Shown: positions 38,260 to 46,058 of the stretch, in pieces
How the letters are laid out: each line of letters opens with the position of its first letter
How positions within the stretch are numbered: the first letter of the stretch is position 1
From: Candidatus Microgenomates bacterium
GTDB lineage: Bacteria; Patescibacteriota; JACPGU01
Direction: 5' to 3'
Length of the DNA: 64,000 nucleotides
Assembly: GCA_016188915.1 (NCBI GenBank)
Contig: JACPGU010000004.1
Coordinates: 40,198 to 104,197, forward strand
Position numbers and translations under genes: made by a program
Notes under the pieces: model-generated
What the model saw: the letters and a program-made list of their open reading frames with translations, nothing else
Told to the model about the DNA's origin: nothing
The model's database searches: none

Positions 38260-38956
38260 TAGGCCAGTTAAGCTTGTCTTCTCGCCATAGAAGAGAGCTT
38301 ATTTGGATGCCTAGATTGTTTTTCTCTTGCCCATAATCTAGGTCATCTATAACCAAAGCTCTTCCTTTTTTGTCTAATTCTTTCGTAACCTTCAGCTTGT
38401 TATCGAGCGGACTGTCCCTTTTTATTTTTTTCCTGTCTAGCCCAATCCGTGAAAAAGTAGCACCTACATTATTCGGAGCAACAGAAAAAACATTCTCATA
38501 ATCAAAGGCCAGAATTTTTCCGTCACACAAAAGATTTAAAGAATCAGAAATCATTTTCAGATATTCTTGGTTAACGTCTGACAATATCCCCATCTTCAAT
38601 CTAGGAAACTGTAGTCTGATAAAACATAATAAAGGGACTATACTTTCTCTAAAAATAATTTTCTTGTCCTTCGGCACTCCCAAAGTACCCCAAACATCCC
38701 ATAATAGATACTGATCTTTTATCTTTAAGTTTTTAAACCTCCTCTCAACATTTTCTGTAACTGATTTGCAAAAAGCTTTTTCTTCTTCAAAAATAACATC
38801 AATTAGCCCGTTTGTATATGTATCGTCCAAAGAAGGGGCATTCTTTTTTATTCTTTGTGATATTTTTTGAAATATTTGCTTGTTTACTTTTTCATCCAAA
38901 AAATCATTCCAAAAACCTTTTGGTTTTTCTTGTTTTGGTTCAAAAGACTTTCTCAT
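38207..38956 (-). CDS. Hypothetical protein, possibly degenerate HAD-like
   Basis: LLWDVWGTL, MGILSD, ALVIDD resemble HAD motifs I, II and IV. Confidence 0.5.
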   Translation of the reverse strand: MRKSFEPKQEKPKGFWNDFLDEKVNKQIFQKISQRIKKNAPSLDDTYTNGLIDVIFEEEKAFCKSVTENVERRFKNLKIKDQYLLWDVWGTLGVPKDKKIIFRESIVPLLCFIRLQFPRLKMGILSDVNQEYLKMISDSLNLLCDGKILAFDYENVFSVAPNNVGATFSRIGLDRKKIKRDSPLDNKLKVTKELDKKGRALVIDDLDYGQEKNNLGIQISSLLWREDKLNWPIENKELVSPHNHYNQKE

Positions 38957-38982
38957 TTATTACGCCCCACTTACCTTGCTAG

Positions 38983-39318
38983 TCATACACTTTTATTTTC
39001 TGAATAAATCATAACTCCGCCTATCAGCCCGAAAATTATCATTGAAATGAGTTCTGTCGTATTGTCGTCCATTCCCATGAATGATAGTACGGTGCCTATT
39101 ATTGGCGGAATGATAAAAAGGATTACCAATTTTATTATAGTCTGAATATGTTTTTTATGCACCCTTGTCCTTTGCTCTATTTCCTGTTTTATGCCTTCAG
39201 AACTGCGTCCCAAAGTGCACAAAGCATTGTCATTATCCCCATATTTTTTTCTCAATTCCAATAACTCTTTTAATTTTCTTTTATTCTCCGCTCCTTGTGT
39301 TTCTTCCCAGCCAAACAT
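38983..39318 (-). CDS. Hypothetical membrane protein
   Basis: Two C-terminal TM helices. Confidence 0.55.
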   Translation of the reverse strand: MFGWEETQGAENKRKLKELLELRKKYGDNDNALCTLGRSSEGIKQEIEQRTRVHKKHIQTIIKLVILFIIPPIIGTVLSFMGMDDNTTELISMIIFGLIGGVMIYSENKSV

Positions 39319-39485
39319 ATTTTTGTGTAAAATAATATTTTGGATCGAACAAAGACTCCTTCGTTACGCAGATAATTAATGCCAGAAAAATCTGAAGATT
39401 CTTAAATAAAAGTTTTTGATAGGACTGCCTATACGGCATATAAGAATCAGAATCGTTGGAATAAGAACAAAGAACGGATATATTT

Positions 39486-41027
39486 TTAGCTTACTGTTAT
39501 GTTAGTCCCTGATTGTGGCTTAGTTACAGAAGGCGTATTGGTTATATTCTTAGAAGACGGACTGTTGTTGACCGGATTACTAGAGGCTTCATTTTTCACT
39601 TCAATTTGCCAGTATATTCCTAAATCTTGCATCCATGTTATCTCTTCCGTAACAGGAGTGAAATACGCCTTATAAATACCGGGATCCTTTGGTGCTCTAA
39701 TCATAAATTCAAATCTGGTATGCCAACCTGGTCTGATTTCATCATGAAGCATTGTTATAGCCCTATTACCTGACAGCCACGAATCATAGTCGTAAAACTC
39801 TGAGATATAATCTCTATGTTGACTAGAAGTTCCGAATTTTGATCCACTACCAAGTTTTATAGCATTTATGCAATCTTTATACCATGTGGCCTTGCCAGTA
39901 TTTTTTACTTCTATCCAAACATTTGCTCTTTCTCCTGGATACAAAGTTTCGGGATAAGGAGATTGTTTTATTATTTTGAAGCTATATGAAGATGGCGGAT
40001 ATTGGGGGCAGGTTTTTGTGGATTTTGGTTTACTCGTGGTAGTCACAGAATCTGTGTTACTAGTGTTGTTGCCAGTATTGGGCGTGCTATTATTTGTGTT
40101 GTCTGTAGTGTCAATTTTATTTACACAGTTATCTGTAGCCTTGTCATATGTCCCACCACCTGACCCGAGCATACATATAACGCTTTTCTGCACATCCTCT
40201 TGTGCATTATCTCCTCCCTTGGTTATTTCAATTCCATGCCAGTCATATGTTTCTTCTCCAAAAGCATATTTATACCAAAAATTTATCGTTGCCACTGGTA
40301 TAACATATCCCTCTAGTGTATATCCTATGTTTTGATCTCTGATGCCAGCACTGGTTAGGCCAATAAATTTGCCTTTTTTGTCAAAAGCCGCTCCTCCTGA
40401 GCTACCAAAACTAATTTGAGCATTGGTAACAATTGTCGGCAGTCCTTTATAGGAATAATCAAGTCTTGTTATAAATCCTTTAGCGTAGTTCATATTTCCA
40501 TTTGCATAGTCAGGAAATCCTAGCGTTTTAACTTCATCGTTAATATTCGAGCTATCTCCCAAATCATAGCCATATGTAGAAAACTTAATCGAGTCAAACT
40601 GCAACATGGTGTCACTGATAGGTATATTTGCAATGCTCTGCCATTTACCATCTGCCAACTTGTAATTTATATGAAGTATTGCTATATCAAGCTGTTCATT
40701 ATACTTGGCTGGCACTGTAACCGCCAAGCCTAGATTATGATAGGCATCTGCCAGAAAATCGCACTTGAGTGATTCGTAAGTGCTGGCTTTGTGACAGATT
40801 ACGGCCTTATAGTCGTTCGGATATTTTATTATTTTCTCTGCAACATGATAATTAGTAAGAATTGACAAGTCTGTATATACGCCAGACCCCCATTCTTGTA
40901 AGTTCCAGTTTTTATCAAAAATCTGTATTTGTACCACGGAGCGAACATTGGAATCGGTAACTTGTGCACGGACAAGATTAGGGAATGCTAGCCCGACAGC
41001 AATCATCAAAATGATTATTTTCTTCAT
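39486..41027 (-). CDS. Secreted trypsin-like serine protease with C-terminal Ig-like domain
   Basis: Signal peptide, ILTNYHV, DIAIL, FGSSGG triad; VKNTGKATW Ig-like domain. Confidence 0.85.
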   Translation of the reverse strand: MKKIIILMIAVGLAFPNLVRAQVTDSNVRSVVQIQIFDKNWNLQEWGSGVYTDLSILTNYHVAEKIIKYPNDYKAVICHKASTYESLKCDFLADAYHNLGLAVTVPAKYNEQLDIAILHINYKLADGKWQSIANIPISDTMLQFDSIKFSTYGYDLGDSSNINDEVKTLGFPDYANGNMNYAKGFITRLDYSYKGLPTIVTNAQISFGSSGGAAFDKKGKFIGLTSAGIRDQNIGYTLEGYVIPVATINFWYKYAFGEETYDWHGIEITKGGDNAQEDVQKSVICMLGSGGGTYDKATDNCVNKIDTTDNTNNSTPNTGNNTSNTDSVTTTSKPKSTKTCPQYPPSSYSFKIIKQSPYPETLYPGERANVWIEVKNTGKATWYKDCINAIKLGSGSKFGTSSQHRDYISEFYDYDSWLSGNRAITMLHDEIRPGWHTRFEFMIRAPKDPGIYKAYFTPVTEEITWMQDLGIYWQIEVKNEASSNPVNNSPSSKNITNTPSVTKPQSGTNITVS

Positions 41028-41070
41028 ATTTTCTTGTTACTTGTATAAAATATAAAATAAAATTTGCAAC

Positions 41071-41161
41071 AAAAAGGGTCGCCCGATACAGCGGAGTCCC
41101 TTGCGAGCCTCCATGCACACTTTCGAGTGCATACCATATGCATGATACCGATCAGACGACC
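41071..41161 (-). ncRNA. Candidate structured leader RNA/attenuator
   Basis: Multibranch fold closed by GGTCGTCTGAT/ATCGGGCGACC, GAAA and GCAA loops, U5 tail. Confidence 0.5.
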
Positions 41162-41242
41162 GTTTATATGCATGTGGTTTTTTTGACCATGCTATCAACA
41201 AATAAGCTGATAGTTTAGGTCTTTTTTACGAATTGTAGCTAT

Positions 41243-41271
41243 ATTGTAGCATGGCTAAAAAGCAATGTAAA
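41243..41271 (-). promoter_or_regulatory. Promoter heading the minus-strand cargo genes
   Basis: TTTACA-17-TACAAT with TGn extension. Confidence 0.6.
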
Positions 41272-41325
41272 GTATCAAGGATTTAGTGATATACTTAGAA
41301 TAGAAATATTATTTTTTGTTTTAAT

Positions 41326-41547
41326 ATGAAATATCTACTCGTGTCAGATGATAATCATAAGTACCCAGTACAGGTAATGGATGTATCACAAAGACCACCG
41401 AAATTGGTAAGAAAATTTCCTCCCGGACAGGAGGAGCAAGCAATGGAGTGGGTAACTGAACTGTATGAGAAAGAAGAGAAACAGAAAGAGCAGAAGCAAA
41501 TTACGACTAACCCCGACATCCATGGAGGCAAAGCCATTGAGAATTAG
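41326..41547 (+). CDS. Small hypothetical protein
   Basis: 73-aa ORF divergent from the cargo. Confidence 0.5.
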   Translation: MKYLLVSDDNHKYPVQVMDVSQRPPKLVRKFPPGQEEQAMEWVTELYEKEEKQKEQKQITTNPDIHGGKAIEN

Positions 41548-42190
41548 AAAGAATATAGCTGAAGAGACATTTCAGATCCGAGTATCTGACTTTGGCGGTA
41601 AAATCCTAAGGGGCGATCAACGCTCTGAACGGTTTGGCTACTTTACCGCAAAAGGAAATAACGGCATTTTGCAGTTTATTACTTATAGAATAGAGGTAAA
41701 TGACGATTTGCCTTCTATACACCTACATCATTCCACAGAACGAGGAAAAGTCGATTCTTTGCATTTTTCACAGGTGGATCTAGCGAAGATACCATCGTAT
41801 TTTGGTCTTCGCCCCTACCTTAGGTGCCAGCATTGTGGCGATAATGCCTTAGTCCTCTATAAGCCCTCAGGAGCTGACCAATTTCTCTGTCGCAAGAAAG
41901 AGTGTGGCAATATTACTTACGCTTCATCTAATCAAAGTAAGGCTCTCTCGGGACATATAGTGCAATTAGAGAGACTCCATAAGTTATTTGGTATGCGAGA
42001 TGAGATCTCCAAGATATTCTATCGAGGAATGATGACAAAGAAAGCCAAACGCTATATCAACTGGCAGAATAAATGGGGCATGCATGGTATTGATAAGGAG
42101 ATAGCACATTATGCTGAACAACAATATATCCACGCTCGCTCTAAAGTGCTCCAAAATATACAAAGAGAATTGTCTTCCCAGTCGATTTAG
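41465..42190 (+). CDS. Zinc-finger-like mobile-element protein
   Basis: GLRPYLRCQHCG..LY..FLCRKKECGNITYAS; start may be ATG 41522. Confidence 0.65.
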   Translation: MRKKRNRKSRSKLRLTPTSMEAKPLRIRKNIAEETFQIRVSDFGGKILRGDQRSERFGYFTAKGNNGILQFITYRIEVNDDLPSIHLHHSTERGKVDSLHFSQVDLAKIPSYFGLRPYLRCQHCGDNALVLYKPSGADQFLCRKKECGNITYASSNQSKALSGHIVQLERLHKLFGMRDEISKIFYRGMMTKKAKRYINWQNKWGMHGIDKEIAHYAEQQYIHARSKVLQNIQRELSSQSI

Positions 42191-42659
42191 CCGTTCTCTG
42201 TAGATTAAGATTCTGGCAAATATTTTATTGGCAATCTCGGTTGTGTAAAGGTGAAAAGAAACAGAATATAGTTGAGCCCAACGGACGACCTGGGGTTCTG
42301 TTGTTTTATTTTGATTAGAATTTGTGGTATTATTCTCAATAGATTTAGACAACTAAGAGCTTTTTTAGCGACATAAATGTTGTCCAAAAATGGCTCTTGC
42401 GTAATGGCTGGGACATTGCTAACATACTGGCAGAAACCGGTGCTCGAATTATGAATATGAAAACTTGAGGTGTAGTAATCTGCTTTCTTTAAGAAAGCCT
42501 CTTGCACTTCACGATTCAATTCGTAATCCGAGCTTTTTTATTATTAAGCAAGAGAGGAGGACATAGCAAACTGGTCGATAAAATATGAATATAAAATTAT
42601 GAATATCTAAATATGAATATGGGAGATTTATACTATTAAAGTTAGGAGATATTCATATC

Positions 42660-43607
42660 ATGACTGATAAATCAAATAAAACATTGTTGCAATGGCACGA
42701 AGAGTTTTGTAGCATGCAACAACATGTTCGTGGATTGCGACCAGCCACTATTGATAGCTTCAGGAATACTTTCAGGGTATTCTCCAAGCTAACCTCAGAA
42801 GATCTTATGCCAGGTATGCTCACTAATGCTTTGATAATTCAATTTTTTACAAAATTGAACACAAGAGAGCGGAAGGTAGGCGTTACCGTTAAATCGGGGA
42901 TAAAGACAAGCACGACGAGCACTTATTACAGTAAGCTAAAGCCATTTTTTGACTATTTGGTCAGGCAGAAAATTATTGAGATAAGTCCATTTGACGGAAT
43001 AGATAAGCCAAAAGTATCGTATGAGGACGTAAAATATCTCAAAAAAGAACAAGTAGAAAAGATATTAACAGCAATCGCTCTTAATGTTGATTGGAAAAAT
43101 GATTTCATTAAAAGCAGAAATCTTGCAATGATCCACATATTATTGTTTACAGGCATCAGAAAAGGTGAGCTGTTAAATCTTAAAGTAACTGATTTTGATT
43201 TTAATACTGGGTTAGTAAAAGTAAATGGGCAAACATCAAAATCAAAAATAGATAGAGAAGTGCCGATAAACACTCGGATCATAAAGATAATCAAAAGCTA
43301 TCTTGCTGACAGAAAGGCATCTAACTGTCCTTTTTTCTTTGTTGGAGAAAGAGGAGAGCGTTTCACCGAATCGGGGCTAAAACACCTGATTGAGAAAATT
43401 AAAGACGCAAGCAATATTAGGTTTCATATTCATCAGTTCCGACATACTTTCGCAATGAATATGGTGAACAAGGGTTGCGATATAGCCAGACTCCAATGTC
43501 TAATGGGGCACAAGGATATTAGACAAACATCCGTATATCTTCGAAAAATGCCCTCAGTTATAGTTAGAAATACGATTGAGTTACTTGATATTGATACCTT
43601 GGTGTAG
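42660..43607 (+). CDS. Second tyrosine recombinase/integrase
   Basis: TGIRKGE, HQFRH, GHKDIRQTSVY; AGGAG upstream. Confidence 0.95.
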   Translation: MTDKSNKTLLQWHEEFCSMQQHVRGLRPATIDSFRNTFRVFSKLTSEDLMPGMLTNALIIQFFTKLNTRERKVGVTVKSGIKTSTTSTYYSKLKPFFDYLVRQKIIEISPFDGIDKPKVSYEDVKYLKKEQVEKILTAIALNVDWKNDFIKSRNLAMIHILLFTGIRKGELLNLKVTDFDFNTGLVKVNGQTSKSKIDREVPINTRIIKIIKSYLADRKASNCPFFFVGERGERFTESGLKHLIEKIKDASNIRFHIHQFRHTFAMNMVNKGCDIARLQCLMGHKDIRQTSVYLRKMPSVIVRNTIELLDIDTLV

Positions 43608-43857
43608 AGCAATAAAGGTCATTTAAAGGATTGATGTCGGGAAGTGCTTATGATAAGATATAAAGAACAATATCAGTAAAATATTAATAAGCGATAGCGG
43701 TATCAATCCTTTATGGCCTTTGAGCTATTAAAGGATTTTATTATCAAAGATAGAGGAATAAGAACAGGTCACCGGCTACTATCGGCCAAGTGGTCAAAAA
43801 TATGAAGTCCGTGCCTATACAGAGCCAAGAACGCGAGAAGATGGGTAGACCTCATAA

Positions 43858-43899
43858 ATGGTAAGGAAAAGGTCACCGGTTCAAATCCGGTCGATGGCT
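43858..43899 (+). pseudogene. 3' half of host tRNA-Thr(GGT), starting at the attR core
   Basis: ATGGTAA-GGAAA-AGGTC-ACCGG-TTCAAAT-CCGGT-CGATGGC-T pairs with 27957-27994. Confidence 0.92.
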
Positions 43900-43902
43900 T
43901 TG

Positions 43903-44101
43903 GCCACCTTAGCTCAGTCGGTTAGCCTCCGGCCCGGAGGGAGCAACCGCCTTGCCCGCCCGCCAAAAACTTGCCATCCTAGCTCAGTTGGTAGAGCAGC
44001 CGCCTTGTAAGCGGCAGGTCATCGGTTCGAGCCCGATGGATGGCTTTGGCAAGTCGGGCGCGGTAAGCGGTAGGTCGTCGGTTCGAGCCCGACAGGTGGC
44101 T
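43903..44101 (+). tRNA. Outer tRNA-Thr(TGT), interrupted by 16-nt and 109-nt insertions
   Basis: Removing 43925-43940 and 43955-44063 gives GCCACCT/AGGTGGC, GCTC/GAGC, ACCGC-CTTGTAA-GCGGT, GTCGG-TTCGAGC-CCGAC. Confidence 0.85.
43973..44045 (+). tRNA. Inner intact tRNA-Thr(TGT), nested in the anticodon of the outer tRNA
   Basis: GCCATCC/GGATGGC, GCCGC-CTTGTAA-GCGGC, ATCGG-TTCGAGC-CCGAT. Confidence 0.95.
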
Positions 44102-44111
44102 TTAGGACAAA

Positions 44112-44139
44112 TTAATACTTAATACTTAATACTTAATAC
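44112..44139 (+). repeat. Heptamer tandem repeat (TTAATAC)x4
   Basis: Direct reading upstream of rpmG. Confidence 0.85.
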
Positions 44140-44146
44140 AAACTAT

Positions 44147-44317
44147 ATGGCCAGCAAGAAAAAAGGACCGAGAAATATGGTGACGATGGAATGCGCGGAA
44201 TGTAAGGAAAAAAATTATTTTACTTCTAAAAACAAACGCAATACGGCGGAAAAATTGGAATTGAAAAAAAGATGTAAAAGGTGCGGCAAGGTGACAAAAC
44301 ATAAGGAAGGAAAATAG
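44147..44317 (+). CDS. rpmG: 50S ribosomal protein L33 (absent from the ORF track)
   Basis: MASKKKGPRNMVTMECAECKEKNYFTSKNKRNTAEKLELKKRCKRCGKVTKHKEGK. Confidence 0.95.
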   Translation: MASKKKGPRNMVTMECAECKEKNYFTSKNKRNTAEKLELKKRCKRCGKVTKHKEGK

Positions 44318-44424
44318 TAAAAAATTTCTAATTTCCAATTATTAATTTCTAGAAAAATCCCAAATTCTACTTACGCAATGGGTCTTTTTGAGATTTTGTA
44401 TTTGTGTTTGAGATTTTAAAGTGT

Positions 44425-44495
44425 AGGGGTGTCGTTCAACGGTAGGACGCTGGTCTCCAAAACCAGTAACGTGGGTTCGATTCCTACCACCCCTG
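44425..44495 (+). tRNA. tRNA-Trp(CCA)
   Basis: AGGGGTG/CACCCCT, CTGGT-CTCCAAA-ACCAG. Confidence 0.95.
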
Positions 44496-44516
44496 CTAGG
44501 AATGTAAAAATTATCT

Positions 44517-44544
44517 AAAAGAACGGCTAGATGGCCGTTCTTTT
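44517..44544 (+). terminator. Terminator after tRNA-Trp
   Basis: AAAAGAACGGCT-AGAT-GGCCGTTCTTTT. Confidence 0.75.
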
Positions 44545-44938
44545 AGGTGGGGATTTTCTCCACAATTTTTTCTCCAAAAGTATCTTGCTATAAATTGTCA
44601 ATCGCCTATAATGAAAATGTAGAGATACACATAGTTTGCAACACGTTGATAGATTATGTTGTATTCAGAATTGAATACAGTAATTGTTTTGTTTATGGTA
44701 AAAAAATTACCACCCAAAAATTCAAAAGACAAGATGCCAGGTTTGATTTGCCGGTTGATATATTGCTAGAAAGGAATATCATAAAGAAGATGCCAAAAGA
44801 ATAGCCGAAATCAGCCTGGCTGCTTCTTTTTAAGTATTTATAGGAGGGAACAATTCTATTATCAAAAAACACCCAGAGGATAAAGCCTATTCTTTGGGTT
44901 TTTTAAAAAAAACATAAAGTTATCAATAATTTTTACAG

Positions 44939-45433
44939 ATGATACCTTTTGACGCCAATCAGTTCGTGAATAAAAAAAGAACAAATTTTTCTTTGTGGCA
45001 ACGTTTCAAAAGTTGGCCTACTCATATTCAGGCGACAGTAGCGGCAGTTTTTTTACTAGTCGCCATTTCCTTCGTGGCGTCAGGATTCAAAATCGGTACC
45101 TTTGCCGATACTATTATTGAGACGCCGGTTAATTACAACTTTGACTACAAAGGAGTATCCATTCATACCAAAGCTGAAAGTTTGAGCCCTGGTAGGGCTG
45201 GTACCGCCACCACCAAAAGTGGCGACGAGGTGCTGTTTACTCTTACTATCAATAACGCCGAAACTAGTGCCAAAAAAACCGATGTGCGTTTTACCTTACC
45301 CCCCGGTTTTTTGTATAAAGCAGGCACGGCCAGCAATAGCAATTTTATTCAAAGTGGTCAAATTTTTACCTGGGCTGACTATAGCGCTCAATCTGGCGAT
45401 AGCACGATAACCCTGAAAGCAATTGTCCCATAA
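44939..45433 (+). CDS. Membrane-anchored protein with a DUF11-like Ig domain
   Basis: TM, GDEVLFTLTINN...LPPGFLY. Confidence 0.65.
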   Translation: MIPFDANQFVNKKRTNFSLWQRFKSWPTHIQATVAAVFLLVAISFVASGFKIGTFADTIIETPVNYNFDYKGVSIHTKAESLSPGRAGTATTKSGDEVLFTLTINNAETSAKKTDVRFTLPPGFLYKAGTASNSNFIQSGQIFTWADYSAQSGDSTITLKAIVP

Positions 45434-45481
45434 ATAATAAAAATGGCTCCAGGGTTATTGATAATGGAAAATTAATATTTT

Positions 45482-46048
45482 TTGATGATTAATCTGTTCA
45501 ATAAAAAGTATGTTCTTTTGGCCACGGTGGCTATTTTAATTATTTTTGGCGCTGGATTTTATTTGTTCAAAAAAGAAAGTCCGGACCCAGTCGCTTTGTA
45601 CGCGGAGCTTTTGGAAGGCAAGGGGGCGGGAGAAAATATTTCTGCAGAAAAGCGTAAAAAACTTTTTGATAAAGTGATTGAAGGATTGGAGCAGCAATCA
45701 AATAAAAGCTCGGAAGATATGAGTTTGAAATTGCAATTGGCAACGGCCTATTATAGCAATCGCTATCTAGAAAAATCGGAAAAGACTTTAAAGGATATCT
45801 TGGCGCAAAATCCGGAGAATGCTTCTCTGTATGTTTCGGTTGGCAATGTCTTGCAGGAACAAGGAAAATATCAAGAAGCGGTATCTTTTTATGATTTGGC
45901 CAAACAAAAGGACAGCCACTTAATCTCTGCCTACATTAACCTATATTTAGTTATCAAAAATAATTTAAACGACCAAGCGAGAGCGCAAAAAATATTGCTA
46001 GAAGCAAAAGTTGCCAACCCAGGCAATGAAGAGTTGAATAGTTTGTAA
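45482..46048 (+). CDS. Membrane-anchored TPR protein
   Basis: TM plus TPR motifs. Confidence 0.8.
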   Translation: MMINLFNKKYVLLATVAILIIFGAGFYLFKKESPDPVALYAELLEGKGAGENISAEKRKKLFDKVIEGLEQQSNKSSEDMSLKLQLATAYYSNRYLEKSEKTLKDILAQNPENASLYVSVGNVLQEQGKYQEAVSFYDLAKQKDSHLISAYINLYLVIKNNLNDQARAQKILLEAKVANPGNEELNSL

Positions 46049-46058
46049 AAATATCTCT

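Larger units (their letters stand above)
27995..43864. mobile_element. 15,870-bp integrative element inserted in the tRNA-Thr(GGT) anticodon loop
   Basis: 7-bp direct repeat ATGGTAA (27988-27994, 43858-43864); joining the flanks gives a fully paired cloverleaf; recombinase genes at both ends. Confidence 0.92.

Noticed and set aside
27995-43864. Prophage, ICE or integron
   Set aside because: No recognisable virion, terminase, relaxase or T4SS genes; no repeated attC-like sites, and several cargo genes overlap each other.
27955-43998. 28-bp near-identical repeat (27955-27982 / 43971-43998) as the island att sites
   Set aside because: It is tRNA-Thr paralogy; the 7-bp ATGGTAA junctions rejoin complementary halves of one tRNA exactly.
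43955-44063. Group I intron in the tRNA anticodon
   Set aside because: Only 36 nt remain apart from the inner tRNA, far too little for a catalytic core, although one junction reading fits U|...G|.
44547-44804. 85-aa ORF after tRNA-Trp
   Set aside because: Non-ATG start, no RBS, no motifs; probably regulatory intergenic DNA.
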